Numbered from the stretch's first letter, positions 34,866 through 58,908 are shown. The stretch: 64,000 bases of DNA from Salpingoeca rosetta (GCA_033442325.1 JAWQFM010000024.1:633716-697715), one strand, 5' to 3'. A program made the numbers and translations. Notes: generated by a model not told the origin, from the sequence alone.

Positions 34866-35627
34866 CATGTGCCACTGTATGCGATGAAGCATGATGCAAG
34901 TACAGACCAACACCTCACGCTTCGATGCGCGGATGGGTTGCTTGTCAAACAGAAACGGCTGCCTGGATTTAACATGGCGTACCTCCGAGATGAGGATGCT
35001 TACGACTTTCGCACAAACCGATTCATCTTCATGCGCTGGAAGGTGTGCTGCGTTGTGTGTGTGTGTGTTTGGTTGGGGGAGCACGTGCACGTTCTTTTCG
35101 CCTGCGCCTTGATCTTGCATCGTTTTCGTCTTGTCACGAGCTCACCCCTGTCCCTCTCTCCCTCTCTCCCTCTCTCCCTCTCCCTCTGTCCTGCCTTGCT
35201 GTCCTTCCTCCCCGTCCCCACCCCACAGGAGAAGTTTGTGGTTCCGTATTGGGAGGCGCAGGAGGTGCCTGGCGCGTCGTATGCGGGCTTCTACTACATC
35301 TCCTTTGATCGCCTCAAGGGCGCCATCACGGGCTACTACTTCTTCAGGCGCTCAGAGAGGTCCGCTGCCGCTGCGTGCGTGCGTGCGTGCGTGTGTGTGT
35401 GTCTGTGTGTGTGTGTCTGTGTGTGTGTGTCTGTGTGTGTGTGTCTGTGTGTGTGTGCATTTTTGCAGTCAAACTCACCCTCTCCTTCGTGTCCCCCCCC
35501 CTCTCCCTCCCCCCTCCCTCACCAATCATCTCCACCCCCCCCCCCTCTCCCGCTTCGCAGGTACCAGGCGCTTGAGCTCAAGTACGACCACGATCATGCC
35601 ATCTTCCCGCACCAGCAGCTGCTGTAG
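34159..35627 (+). CDS. GID4: GID/CTLH complex substrate receptor GID4 (Vid24 family, Pro/N-degron recognin)
   Basis: Exons 34159-34311, 34576-34743, 34953-35042, 35229-35359, 35561-35627. Motifs 'TTFFDAELV...FLTRRWGADMDVDIAHW', 'FIFMRWK|EKFVVP', 'GASYAGFYYISFD...ITGYYF...SER|YQALEL'. Confidence 0.93.
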
Positions 35628-35930
35628 TAACCAACCCAACAACCGCAACACCCGCAATGGGACCCACCTGACCTGCGTTTGCGTTTGCTGCTGTTTGTTA
35701 CTTCTTTTGCGACGTTAAGAGCTCCGTTGTATGAGTCATGTTCCATGTTGGCCTTCTCTCCCCTTTGCCCCCCCCCCCCTCTCAGGCGCTGTTGACTGCA
35801 GTTGTACATATGCGCCTGCAGTGCGTTGTTTGATTGTTGTTGTTCGTTTGGTGTTGGAAAAGTGAAATTGGGTTCTTGGCTGTGCTGGCGTGTTCCTTGC
35901 TGTAAGTGTGTGTGTGTGTTTGTGTGTGTG

Positions 35931-36008
<78 letters not shown>

Positions 36009-36368
36009 GTGTGTGCGTGTGTGGTTGATTTGGTGATTCACGTGGTTGTGATGCTGTGGTTGATTGTTGGCCATTTCGCTTTGGTTTTATTCCGTTTCTA
36101 TTATGTGCACACAAACCGTCCTAGTTGCCTGCTGTGCTCGTGTCGCTGCTTGTGTCGCTGCTGGTGCTGCTGCGTGGATTGGGACCAGCCAACAAACGCA
36201 ATCGCACTACTGCGCAGCAACAAAGCGATCCGCAGCGCATGAATAAAAGACTGCACTTGCTCACAGAACTCAAAAGTCCACCGCAAATGCAGCAGGGCGC
36301 GAAGCATCAACAAGCAACGTCACCGCAATGCACGTTCACACGTTCACACACTCAACACACACCACACA

Positions 36369-40977
<4,609 letters not shown>

Positions 40978-41205
40978 GGCAGTGCGCCAATGCGATCAGG
41001 AGACGTGCAGTGGGGAGTGCTAGTTGGTGGGGAGGGGGGGTGAACGAGAACAATGAGACAACAAGCAAGAAGCAAGAAGCAAGCAAGAAGAGAGAAGAAG
41101 TTAACTGCTTCTTCCTCTTCTTCTTCTTCTTGTGCAAAATCAACAACACACACGCTTTCCACCACTTCAAACACCCGCAAGCAAGCAAGCAAGCAAGCAA
41201 GCGCG

Positions 41206-44741
<3,536 letters not shown>

Positions 44742-45075
44742 CGGCGCTAGTGTGTGTGTGTGTGTATGTGTGTGTGCGTGTCTGTCTCTGTGTGTGTGCG
44801 TGTCTGTCTCTGTGTACCTGTGTTTGTGCACTTGTTTGCCTGTCCCTCTATTGTTGTCCGTTTTCCTCTCCATCTGTCCATTGCTCCCTCTTGATGTTTC
44901 TTTCCACTGTTTTTCTCGCTCCAACCAGTAGCGTTGCACTGTCATTCGTGCTCAGTTCAGGGCAGGCCATCGATAGATGATAGCTTGTATTGTTTGGGTA
45001 TTCGCCACCTCTGCACGAAATGGTGTTGTCTGTAACTCTAAACAAGTACAGTTCAATGTATTACCAGTCCCTCCG

Positions 45076-45127
<52 letters not shown>

Positions 45128-45269
45128 GCACACACACACACACACAAGCACACAAGCACACAAGCGCACAAGCACACAAGCACACACACAAACACATTGA
45201 ATGCACTTTCTCCCGCACGAATCACATATGAGGACCGCTGCTGTTGTTACAAGGTTGTTCGCTGACGTG

Positions 45270-45586
45270 TTACACCCACGCCTGCCATCCCTCGAACAAG
45301 TGTGCGAGACGATGAATGTCCGTCGCCTCCTGCAGACACACACACACACGCACACGCACGCATGCACGCACGCATCAAAGCCGTGAATGGTCTGGGTTAT
45401 GGTAAACAGACGACAGGTGGTATGTGTCTATGTTTGCTGGCACGCAGTCCTTGGTATTCAAATTGCGGTAAGCACGAACCTGGATCAGAGCGCCGACATG
45501 ACCTTGAACCGATAGCTGCACCCCATCATGGAACCCAGACAGCTTTTGCCGCACCTGTGAACGTGTGTGTGTTTTGTGTGTGTGTG

Positions 45587-45663
<77 letters not shown>

Positions 45664-48564
45664 GCGTGTGTGTGTGTGTGTGAGTGGATGAAAGCTGTGT
45701 GAGCGCCATGAATGGACAAGCAAGCACCACGGGATGCAAGGAAGAACCAATTGCAAACACAAACCACCCGCTGCGCACCTTAATCAACACTTTCTGCGCC
45801 TCGTTTTCCTCCACAGATTCCGTTGGCGAGTCGGGGTCCATCGCTGTGTGCGTGCAAGCAACGACGCTCGCTTGTGAGTCACTGACACCACTCGCTGACA
45901 CCACACATGCACAACAACTGTGTCTAAGCTGCACCAGGGCATACAGCAACATCCAGAACAGCATATCACTCGCATTCAACAACAACAGCAACACCACCAC
46001 CACCACCCCTCCCAACGCACCCGTGCTCGTCTCCAGTGTGGTGTCCTCCGGGCGCTGCAGAGCATTGGCTTTGTCGCGCGTCAGCTTCCACGTCGACAGG
46101 GGATCGTGCACAAACACTTCCAGGATGGTACCCAGTGGTGACTGGGACGTGTTGGAAACACAACAACGCAATAATGTAGCGAGTGCACAGTGAAATGCAA
46201 TGTTGAGTGAGCAACGTGCACACAAGCGTACACATGAATATAAGATACAAGAGAGACTCAAACACGGTGTGCGTTCATGCGAAGAAGGAATGAGTTTGCA
46301 TTCATGCACACTCGATCACTCACCGCTGATTTACGAAGAACTGTGAGCGCCTTCTCGCAGCAGCGCCTGCGTGTGTGTGTGTGTGTGTATGTGTGTGTGT
46401 GTATGTGTGAGTGTGTGTGTGTGTGTGTGAGTGTATTTGAACAGTGTAAGGATGGCGTTGGCGCTATTCTGCTGCGGCAAAATGCACGCGCTTTAAAGAC
46501 CTCAGCTGCCCGCTTGAGGGGCATACCTGAACGTGCCGTCAACACCGGAGATGCCCATCCCATCGATGATGTCCCGCGTGAGGCGGAACGGAATCGTCTC
46601 GGGCGTCGGCAGCGTCGTGCCCTGGCAGTGAAGAGAAGCAGTGGGGTGTGGAGTGGGGTGATGAGGTGGCGTTAATCAGGCATGTACGCTAATACATGCA
46701 CACACTACACACATGTGTACACTCTGCACATGCACGCCAGCAAAGACGCGCATATCGCACATGCACGCACATGCAAACAGGTCAAGAAGCGCATGTGTGC
46801 GCTCACCTGCTCAAAGGCAACGCCCAGGTCAATGTTGACGAGCTCAGCGGTCTTGGTGTCAATGAGGATGTTGTTTGGATGTCTATCGGCAGTCGTGGTG
46901 GTGGTGGTGGCGGTGGTGGGGAGCGGGTACGCGATTGTGGTGATGTGAAAAGCGTAAAACCTCTCGTGCAACAAAGCATGTCCTCAACACAAACAGCATT
47001 CGTGTAATGGGTGCAGGTTCTTCGCCAAAAAATCATTCGCAAATTCACATGAACAAAAGAGACCAACAACGGAAAGGGGTAAAAGCAAATAACAATGCAT
47101 CTGCCTCCAACACCAACACCAACACCAACCTGTCGCCGAGGCCGATGACATATCCGACCATGCTGTTGGTGGCGACGCTGCGGGTGTACGCCAACCGCCG
47201 CTCGAACCAATCGCCCGGATCCTGGAACTTCTCCGTGAAGAACCGCCTGCATACGCACACGCACGCACACGTGTGAACGAGGGAGGAGAGGAGCAAAGTC
47301 GTTCGTGGTTGTGCACATATGTGTGTGTGTGTGTGTCATGACTTGACTGCGAGGTGTATAGTAGACCATCACCTAATCACCCCATCACCCGATATCGCCC
47401 AATCCCCTCACCGCATAACGGGCTTGAACTGGGCGCAGATGTCCCGGTATGTCTGCAGCTGCCGCGCCTTATCCACCTTCGACTCTGCACCAGCACCAGC
47501 ACATGAGCACAACGGTGATTTATAAGGGGGAGGATTGGTGTTGCGGTCATCGCAGTTGCGGTCAGGGGCACACAACCAGCAAGCAAGAGGCTCAAGGCGG
47601 CGCGTACGCTTGGCACACGGCAAAACCACACCACCATCACATGCAAGCCACACCAAGCGCACAAACCAAGACAGTGCCCCCCCCCCACACACACACACAA
47701 TGATGACTGTGACAGCCGAGAGGACAGACGCACTTCGCATGGCTGTGCGGCATTGGTGTGACGGGCGATCTTGCGGACGATAGCGCTCGTGCGCCGGTTT
47801 GCTGCTCCCTTCCCTCTTCACCAGCCACATGCCAAGCGGTACCGTGTTCACGCACCACTCCAGCACTCCAACCTTGCTGGACAACGGCACAATCTGTGTA
47901 CATTTATGTGGTGCGTGTGTGTGTGTGTGTGTGTGTTGGAGGTCAATGTCGGACCAATGCAGGTTCAATGCGCAAACATAGCATGTATCCTTTTCATGTT
48001 TCGTACCTTGTATGTGCGGATGTGCATGGAGCGGCGTTGACACTCTGGATCGCTCTTTAGCCACTGGTTCATTGCCCCAAACACCTGCACAACACAAGCC
48101 ACGAGAGGTTAAGCATACCCACGTAAACACGCACGTGTAATCACATACACGCACACACGTAAGCACAATGCACTTCGTGTACTGCAGTGCAGCTCATTAA
48201 ACTGTCAACTTCCACCGCCACAGCGCAATCACGATAACAGCATCCCGCAACAATGAACCTCTTTTTTGCCCTCCCCCCCCCCTCAAACACAAACACACAC
48301 GCGCCTCCTCTGCCTCATGTTGTCGCACCTGCTGCATGACGGCATCTTGCCGCGAGTCGTCGTTCCCTTTGATCACTTCTTTGTAGATCTTTCCGTCCGT
48401 ACCGATGCAATTCAAAATGCGCGGCAGATTCACGCCGCCTGCAAACGAAAACTGGTCTTCCCACTTGACGATGCGCACCACCGCCTCGTCGTTGTACGTG
48501 CCCGTCGGGTCAACCGGCACCTCCTTTGTCAGCACAGCAACCTGTGGTCGCACCGAACAAAGGG

Positions 48565-48644
<80 letters not shown>

Positions 48645-51081
48645 TGTGTGTGTGTTTGTGTGTTTGTGTGTGTTAGAAAGAGCAAAATGTAGCTTCAAGC
48701 CATAGAATGTAGCTTCAAGCCATGGAATGTTGCTGTAAGCTGTTGTGAATCCGGTCCCGCACAGTTAGACTGCTCACCTTCTCCACATGCTTCAGGGTGG
48801 CGAGCGAAAATTTCTTCCTGTACTGCTCCGGGTTGCGCTGGTACTCTCTGGCAATGGGCATCATGGCCAGCTGCACACAAATGCATCACACACATACACA
48901 CACATACACATACACACATACGCACACACGATCAAATGCGCACGGAAAGGGAGCTGAAGTCAGTGACTGGACCAAGCAGCCGTGCGCAAAGCAGAACACG
49001 CATCAACCACCACGTGTACAGCCATCCCATGCAATCTCCCAAAATAACTCTCAGCAATGTTGCAGTCAGCAGCTGGTGGCGCACCTCAGTGTATCCCGAG
49101 CACACCGTTCGCATCTGGTTCAGCAGCGGGGCCATCTTCCTGCCCCGACCATCTGGTGTGAAAAGAGGGGAGAGTTGCGAAGGCGCGCGCGTGTATGAGT
49201 GTGGGCGGCATGGGTGTGAAAGAAGGACAGCAGGAAGATAATGGCAAAGTCAAATTAGAAAGCAGCACCATCACGAGGTTGCAGCACATGAAGACTCGCC
49301 CTTCATCATTTCAATTTCGTGCAGCAGTGTATCAGCAGCCTCCATCTTCGTTGTTTTCTACGAATAAGCAGGTGTGTGAGTGGGTGATTGCAGGTGCATT
49401 GCTGCTGAGGAAAGTGCTTCCACGCACCAAAACTGACCCAGAAATGACGAAGAGCAACACCATCAACAAAATGTTTCAACAACAACAGCACAGCACCATC
49501 AACAACAATACCAACACTGTGTAGTTTGCACCTCGACGGCAGCGGATGTGAGCGTGCGGATCCCGTCCTGATCGCCATTGGCCAGCGCAATGAGAACGAA
49601 GAGCACGTGGTGCGGGTGGTTCACCGCCACACGCTTCACCAGGTCACCCAACGTCTTGTGGAAACTGCTCGGCGGATGCGTCTTGTCAATCCTACACAGA
49701 TGTGCGGGTGGGGAAGACAATTAAAGTGTAACAAGAACAACTCCAGACACAAGCACACACAAAGATACTCAAGCACATATACTCATACAATCCACGCAAC
49801 ACACACACACACACCAAAACGACTCAATTACGCACGCACACACACACATGCACACACATACACACACACACGTACCTGGCAGCGAGCTGGTAGATGAGGG
49901 GCAGCCATAGGTACGTGGGCAGGTCGGCGGCGCCCTCTGCAATGATGGACTGCACGGGCTCCAGCGACGAGTTTTGGAACCACAACGCACACACGCGGAA
50001 GATGATGTCGCGATAGGCGCTCTGCGTCTCGCGTGCTGCCAGCATGTAATTGCGCAGCGCCAGCTGTAGGTATTCCTGCTGGCGGGTCTGCATGGCAATC
50101 AGGGCCTCCTTGTCGCCTTTCAACCGCCGCTTCAGCAGCTGCCGTCAATAAACGGTTCAAGAAGACGGGATGGGGAGAACGTGAGAGAAGAGGAGAAACG
50201 CAAGGGAGAAGAAGGGGAAGGAGCAGGGAGGCGGGGGCGAATCGGATGACGGTCACAAACAGCAAAGGTGAAAGCAACAACACAGTGCACAGGCAAAGTG
50301 AAACCCATACACATGCACACACAACCACAACCACAACCACAACCACAACCACAACCACAACCACAACCGCAACCACAACCACAACCGCAACCGCAACCAC
50401 AAACACAAACACAACCACAAACCACAAACACAAACCAGAAACACAACCACAACCACAACCACAACCACAACCACAACCCACAAACCACAACCACACAAAC
50501 ACGCGGCAAGAAAAGAACCCACCATGACGCGCTTGTTTCTTGAGCGGTTGCCTGTGTTGTGTGACTGCTTGTGCATGGTCACCTCCGCATCGTTCTTGCG
50601 GATAATCTCCAGGTGCCGCGTGTGATCGCTCGACTCCATCTTCTCCGTCAGCAGCTGGTACTGCCCGTCTGTGTACTGCGCAAGCGCAAGCCAGCACTCT
50701 GCCTTCTGTTTGTCCCTGTGCCTCTGCTGTGCCTGCCGGTACTGTTCAGACGTGCCGCCAACCTGCATACACTCAACGCACGTGCATATGGGTGATTGTG
50801 TTGGATGAAAGTTGTGGGTTTGACGGTGAATGTGTGAGCATGCAAATGCATGTGTGTGTGCGTGTGTGTGTGTTCGTTGGTGGAGACAGCGAAAGCCGGG
50901 TGCTAATGTTCTGATAAAGTCATCTCAGGACAATGCCTCTTGCTTCAAACCAATGTCAATACGCACGTGGTCTTCCGTCTCCGCAATCTGTATCGCTTCC
51001 TCAAAGTAGTTGATGACGGTGGTCGGCGTTTCTGAGCGCAAGTCGCCCGTCCATTTCCCCAGCAGCCGCGACGCCTGCACG

Positions 51082-51159
<78 letters not shown>

Positions 51160-52053
51160 NNNNNNNNNNNNNNNNNNNNNNNNNNNNNNNNNNNNNNNNN
51201 NNNNNNNNNNNNNNNNNNNNNNNNNNNNNNNNNNNNNNNNNNNNNNNNNNNNNNNNNNNAAAAAAAAAGTAATAGATGCAGACGCGACCGACAGCTAAAT
51301 CCGAACGGTGTGAGTCATGACGCTCTCTGGCATAATTATGTATAAAAAAACATCAATGGAGACGAGCGATGACTCGTGGGATACTAATCTCATTTTTATT
51401 TGATTGTTAGTGAGTTATGTCAAACACGCAGTCTCTAACTCTCTCACTTATCCAAAATTCCATCAGATTCGCTTGCCGGAGCCACTGGCACAACCCATTG
51501 AAAGCGCACTCACATCACTTTAAGCACAACACGCACCCACAATCCGCAAACATCATACCAACAACCCACCACCACCATCACCACCACCACCACGAACATC
51601 AGCAAACCGCCAACAACCGCCAACAACCGCCGCCAGCAACACCACCAATAACACCCACTGACCAACCTCGGACAGGCTGCGCTTCTCGCGAATGGCCTTG
51701 ATGGTCTGCACGGCGAGCTCCGAGTCCTGGCGCATCCACAGCGTCTTCGCCGTCTCAATCAACCACAGGTCAGCAGGGATGGTGTGCGCGTGTGCACTCC
51801 GCCGCTGCAAGCGGCGTGCCAGCCCAATGGCGTGGTGGTACTTGTCAAAGCGGCGGCACAGCGCAAGCGTGTCCACCGCACAGCGCTGGAACTGCCGCTC
51901 AAGTGCCGTGCGCACATCCTGAAGCAGCGGCGTCGGCTCACCACGCTGCGTCATCATCGCCATCGTCATCATCATGTCTGCCGAGTCATCACCATCCAAC
52001 TGCAGGCGCGGGTGTGGTGAGGACTGTTTCCTTGTGGCAGCAGCAGCAGCAGC

Positions 52054-52093
<40 letters not shown>

Positions 52094-55000
52094 GCTGCTG
52101 CTGATGCGTCGGTCTTCGACTGCACCGTATCCAGCAGCAACTCCAGCAGGGAGAGGCGAAGCGATGTCGCTTCCTCACGCCCTTCAAACCGCTGTGGCAT
52201 CTGGGCCAGGCGGTGGTCCCAGCGCTCCGCCATGGCACTCAGACGCGTGCCCACGTGCACGTCGTTGGTGTGCAGGCACCTGAGCACGTCAGCAGCCTCC
52301 TGCATCTCCGTGAGCATCTGCAGCGACAACAGCTCTTCGTCGATGCCCTGCACGTCCTCAAGCCCACAGGATAGGAGCTGTGCCATCGTTGTGCTGCTGC
52401 CGTCGGCCACGTTCGACGCCAACGCGTCAACCGCACCCGAGCGCAGCGCCCGCAGACCCATGAACAGGTGCTTGTGGATGCTCGTTGTCTCTGCTTGCGT
52501 GGGGGCGAGGGTGTCCCACTGGCCAAGCCGCCACGCCGACTCATACATGTACGCTGCCTCTGCTGGCGTCTGCTCGCGACTGCCGGTGCGACACAGCAGG
52601 CTCGGGATGGAGGCGAGCCCCCAGTGGTGCGCACTAGTCAGCAGTCGCGCACGGGCCGCGCTGCTCTCCCTTGCATCGCCGCCAACCTGCAGAATATCCT
52701 CGTGTGCCAACAGCTTCCCGTACTCCTGCTCGTGGTGATACAGCAACATGTGCTGCCGCATGTCGAGCGGGTCCAGGAACGCATACAGCCCATCTGGCTC
52801 GTGCAACTGCTGCAAGGACGTCGACATGATTGACCGCAACCGCCGCCACTGCACATGCACGTCGCCAGCAGCACCATCTGTGCTGCCGTTGTTGTCGCTG
52901 TTGTCGTTGCTGCCGTTGTTGTCGGGGTTGTCGTTGCCGTTGCCACGACTGCTGCTTGCGGCGGCCGGCATCATGCGAGACAGCCCGCGCATCAGCCGCC
53001 CTTGTTCTTCTTGCTGTTTCTGCTGGTGTTGCTGGTGTTGCTGGTGGTGCTTGGCACCCTTTCCTTTTCCATGCGGTGGCTGCTGCTGCTGCTCACGCTC
53101 GCGTGCATCTGCCATACGTTCTGCTGCAATCTCGCAGAAGAGCACTGCAGAGTACTTGGACCCGCACACATGCGCAGCGTGTGCCACCTCCAGGTAGTCA
53201 AGGTCTCGCAGCCACTTGAGGCTGTCCCAGTGCGTGAGCGACTGCCCGCGTCGCCCGGCCTCCCCACGACTGGCAGACGGCTCGTACTCGATTCGCCGCA
53301 TGGTGTTGACGAGCGAGAGCAGCGTCTGTGTTGCTCGCCGCACGTCCGCGCTCGCCTGCGCGGTCACAGACGCAAAGTGGCGGTTGAGGTTGCGGCTGAT
53401 GCTGCGGCTGTGCTCCAGCTGTGGGTCATTCATCACAAGACCAAGCACCACGTACGGCAGAATAAACTCGCTAAACTCCAGGCTGTACCGGCACACGGCC
53501 AGCAGCGGCAGGTACTGTGCTTCAAACACGTCGTCCATGGCTGCCGATTCCCTGATGAGCGTGCACACAAGTCGCGTCAGCCACGTCGCGTATGCCAGCC
53601 CAGCGGGGCTCCACACGGCCTCAAAATCAAACCGCACATCGCCACCGCGTGCGTGTGGCTGCTGGGAAGCGTCCTCCAAAGAAATGCTGTGCACACTGCT
53701 GCTGTTGCTGCTGGAGGTGTGCGCGTTGCGAGCGAAGCCGTCGGTGGGAGGTACAGCGTCACTGATGCTGGGCAGGTGAAAGCGGTGCTTGCTGCCAAGG
53801 ATGGTTCGAACAGGTTTCAGCACCTTGCCGAGTCGGACACCGCTTTCCTCCAAGACGCGATATTCCCTCAACGCCCGCAATGCAGCCAGCACAACACGCG
53901 AATCTTTCCCAGCAACCATCAACCTGTGCGTGTGCATGTATGTTTGTTGTGTGGTGGGTGGGTGTGTAGTGTGTGTTTGCATGTAACGTGTGTATTGTGT
54001 GGTGTATTGCGTGTTTGCATGTGTTGTGTGTGTGTGTGAGAGTGTGCGTGTGAGAGAGTGAGTGAGAGTGAGAGAGAGTGTGTGTGTGTGTTCATGGCCA
54101 CAACATGATGAAATGCATGGCACGCATGGCGTACACAATCACAGCAACGCCACATGCGTGCCGCTGTTGCCCATCCTCCTCCTCCCCTCCTCCTCCTCCT
54201 CCTCCTCCTCCTCCTCCTCCTCCTTTTCCTCCTTTCCCTGCATTCTCACACACCGTAGCAGCTGCTCGATGATGCTGATGAGGCGCTCGCTCTCCTGCGA
54301 GCTGTACATGTGTTCACTGGTCCGCCCCGCCTCCGCCTCTGCGGGCGCGTACGCCCAGCCAAGCCCCACCTCGCCAATGCACCGCGCCGCGTGCACGGCA
54401 ACGGTGGTGCTCTGCCCCAACAACGGGGACAGCACGGGCAGCAGGCGGCTCAGGCTGAGTTGCGACTTCTCCCTGTCGCCGCCGCTGGGGTTGTTGTTTT
54501 CGGCAACCCACGAGGCCAGCAGCGTGTGCAGGTGTCGCAGGGTGTCCACTTGAACAGCGCCCGGAACACTGCGGGCGAGCGACACAAGCTGCTCCAGCGC
54601 AACATCTGCATTCTCTGGTAACGACATGACCTGCTTCACGTTCGAGCGCACATCAGCTGGCAGCGACCGCAGCGAAAACGGGGGTGACACTGATGATGAT
54701 GTTGTTGTTGTTGTTGTTGTTGATGATGATGGTACTGCTGCTGCTGCAAGCGATATGTCACCCGCTGCGGCAGCTTCGCCGGTGAGCTCGTGTGTTGAGA
54801 TGATGCGGGGCAGCGCGGGCCGTGTCTCCGCCAACACGGCCAGCACGTTTTCAGCCGAAAATATGGCGCGCAGCGTCATGCGTGCCAATCGCCGGACGCG
54901 AGCGGCAACTGCGTGCGGTTCATCACAAGTAACGCCACTGGCAACACCATCACCATGACTATCACGACCACGATCGTCACCATCGCCATCATCTTCACCT

Positions 55001-56852
55001 TCATCTGCATCGCCGCAAGCTGCACTTGTCCTTGCAGATGGTCCCCTCTTCCACATCACCGCCTCCTGCACAAGCGACGCCTTGGCCACGCGCGCCACCC
55101 ACTCCTGCTCCTCGGCACCCGCATACACTCCACCAGCGTGACAGCTGTCTTCACCGCCACGGCTCTGCATGGCGATGGTGTCGGGTGTGGTTGTTGCGAG
55201 TCGCGCCACATGGTGCATGATCCTGGGCACTGCCGCCGTCAACGCCTGTAGGGCGAACTTTGAGGCGGAATCAGCCATCTCAAACAGCTGTATCAGCAGC
55301 TGCATCGCCGTGCATGCTGCTGCACGGTTGGACGCGACACAACGAGGGGCTGTGGCTGAAACTGTGGCGGTGGGTGTGGTGGTTGTCACCATGGTCGCCG
55401 TTTCTGTGTGTGCGTTCGCGTCGTCTGAGGACAGTGCCAGCACACACAGCTCGAGCACTGCTTGCAGCACGGGTGCCGTGTAGATGGAGGATGACGAGCT
55501 GCCACGCGAGCGGCACCCAAGCACACGCTGCGACTCCAGAATGTCGCACACAAGAAACTTGAGCTTGCGCATATGCAGGGCTTGCATGTCCGGGTGTTGC
55601 GTGCGGCACAGGGCATCCCACAGGTCGACAATGGCATCATACACGCTGTCCTGCTCCTTGGTGAGCAGCGATCCCAGTGAACGGCGGGCGGTGGTGCCCT
55701 GGCCAGCTGCGACGCATTCAACAAGTGCGACGTGGCACTTCTTGCAGGTGAGCAGCGGCGCCTCTGGGGTGATGGCGCTGGAGCCGCTGCCGTCATCGCT
55801 GGAAAAGGGAAGCGGCAGGGCGAGCGCAAATAGGGCGCGGAACGTCTGACCAGTGAACCGCTGCTGTACCTCTGCAGCGTCAAGCCCTCCATTACTAACA
55901 CCGCCATCCACATCGTCATCGTCATCGTCATCATCGTTGTGGCTGTTGCCTTTGGGGCTCGTTGCCAAGTCTGAGAGCTTTCGCAGGCGGTCCCGCACGG
56001 GCGACACTGAAAACGCCGCAATGTATGCACGACACAGCGCAAAACTTCCGCGCACAGCCACAGATGGCCTATATGTTTGTGTATGTGTGTGTATGTGTGT
56101 GGGTGGGTGAACGTGTGTGTGTTTGTGTGTGTACGTGTGTGTTTGTGTATGTGTGTGTGTGTGGATGTGTGTTTGTGTTTGTATGTGTGTGTGTGTGTGT
56201 GTTAGAATGGCGCGTGAGAGTTTTACTGGCGCTGGTTGTCTCACACAAAATGGCAAGCGAGATGAGTGGGGTTGAGCTCACCGCTTTCGGATGACGGTAC
56301 AGACGGCTGCGAGCCAGGAGTCGATGGAGAGCAGCGGAGCAGCGCCAATGATGACACCAACAAACACCTGCCGTGACAAGAATCGCAATTGGACAGGTGA
56401 CACGTGGGGCGCCAGACAGATGTCAAAGTCATTGGCAAATACGCTGCGTGCACGAGACATGATGCATGTAAGGTCACCACCAACAAAAAGTACACACGCA
56501 CACACGCACATACGCACATACACACGCACACACGCACACAGTACCTGCCAGTGCCGCGTCACAAAGCGCTCCAGGTTTGCCTGAGCGGACGGCGACAGCG
56601 AGGCCGCTGCATTGCGTGTACGGCGCCAAGTGTCACGACTTCGCACGACAGAGGGGTCGAGCACCCCCACCGGCAGGGAGCAGAAGGGCGTGGCCTTGAG
56701 CGGTGTGCGGCAGCTTGCATCACCGCTCATCGATGGCTGTGTCAGCGTCATCCAGCGAGAAAGAATGCCCGGCAGCAGTGCAATGACAACCTCCGTCGTA
56801 TTGCTGCAGCGTGCGCAGACACACACACGCGTGTGTGTGGGGGGGTGTGGGG

Positions 56853-56883
<31 letters not shown>

Positions 56884-58849
56884 TGTGTGTGTGGGTGTGT
56901 GTGTGTGGGTGTGGGTGTGTGTGTGGGTGTGGGTGTGGGTGTGTGTGTGGGTGTGTGTGTGGGTATGTGTGTGTGGGTGGGTGTGTGTGGGTGTGGGTGT
57001 CAGCGTTATGTGAAAGGAATCGTGCAGTTGGAGCATCACGAGCAGAATGTTGTGCTCTTCCATGAAAATGCACACTGTTGGTATGACCCTCACCGAGCGT
57101 TGACGCTGGCAGCGATGCGGCGAAGCAGATGGGAGACGAAGGTGTGTTGACCGAGAAACGCGCATACTGCCAGCAGGTACGCCAGGCGCGGTTGCATCTG
57201 CAGATGACACCAAGATAGATGAGTGAGCCAGCAGAAGCGTTTGGGGCTGGATCAACGTCAACAATCTCCCACTTGCCATTGCAATCAGAAGCACAGACAG
57301 CCGCGCTCCCACAAGCAAACACACATACACGCTCACACGCTCACACACACACACACGCTCACACGCACACACGCACACACGCTCACACGCACACACGCAC
57401 AAACGCACACACTCTCACACGCTCACACGCTCACACACACACACGCTCACACGCACACACGCTCACACACACCAAATACACACAAACCTCTGGAAAGACC
57501 GGGAAAATCTCTGCGACAACGAGGAGACTGGTATTGAACTGCGCCTGCAGCTCGGATGAGTAGTCGTGGTCATCCGGCAACTCCATAATGTGATGGACGT
57601 ACGGATCCTCCTCTTGCTCATCAACAACATCATCATCATCATCAACATCATCATCAGTGCCACCGCGCAGGAAAGAGTTGAAGAGAGGGGTGATAACGGT
57701 CATGAGCGCATCGAATGCAGGCACACACAATGCAGGCGCCGTTGAGGTGATGCCTCGCATCAGGAGCGGGAGGACGCGGGCCATGTGGATGCGGCACAGG
57801 TGGTGGCGATCGCGTGTCAGCGCCATGACCTCCACCAGCGCTGTCTTGATCCGGTCACCTTGACCACCACCACCACCACCACTGCCACTGCCACTGCCAC
57901 TGCCATTGCCATTGCCATTGCCTGCCAGCTGTGGAGCGCCGATGGTGGTGCTGGGTAAGACGAGGCTGCGCAGTGCTGGTGCTGGTGAGACGGCGACGAC
58001 AGCCACGATGAGGTTTGCAACAGCCATGCGCTGGGACACGTCCAGGTCCGATTTCAGCTCGCGCGGAAACACGTACGGGACAGCCATGCGCCAGACACGC
58101 GTGAGGAAGCCGGTGCGGACGTGCTCGAGGGAGATGTCACCCTGCAGCTGCTGCAGCATGCGGTCGTGCAGCGGATCTTGCGCCCCTGGTCCTGCCGCTG
58201 AGGGGGTCGGCGTTGAGATGAAGGTGGAAGCGCTGGAGGGTGAAGCGCTGTTGATGATGGCAGCGATGAGTGGCGGGGCGACGCGTGTGATGACATCGAG
58301 CACCGTGTTGAAGCACGCCGGGAGAGGGAATGCCTCGTCATGTTGCAGGGCGTTGGAGGCGACCTCTGGATGGGCAAGCACACGCAACACTTGCTGGTGC
58401 GCGTGCACACGAATGCGTGGGTCGAGCGGGGGCACCTGCGCCAGCGACTGGCAGGCTGCCAGCGCGATCAGGGCAGGGCAGCTGACATCACCAAAGACGG
58501 CATCGCCAAGGAGCAAATCCGCGCCAATATCACACACCACGCCAGCGCCACCCGCGTTTGCGGCCAATGGCGATCGTGGCGGCGGCGACGACGTTGTGGC
58601 GACACGACGCGCGATGACGCGCCAGCAGTGCACAACATCCAGGCAGAGGGCCTGTGTGCGCTCCGTGGTGTGGCGCGGGGCGAGATGGCTGGCAATGAGG
58701 TGGCGATTTTCGCTGCTCAGCCGCACCGCCTGCTGCCTGGGATCAGACCGCGCTGTATGGGGCGTGTGGAATGCGGCATGTGTTGTATGTTGTATGTTGT
58801 GTTGTGTGCGTGCGTGTCATGTGCGTGTGTGTCCACGTGTGTGTTGTGT

Positions 58850-58908
<59 letters not shown>

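Noticed and set aside
48686-48730. Short ~20-nt tandem duplication (aatgtagcttcaagccat.g); similar 10-mer array at 42741-42790
   Set aside because: Only a few copies, intronic, no spacers; local slippage, not CRISPR or a mobile element.
51260-51520. AT-rich, compositionally odd stretch beside the second gap (possible insertion or foreign DNA)
   Set aside because: No ORF, terminal repeats or target-site duplication; most likely low-quality contig-end sequence inside an ATM intron.
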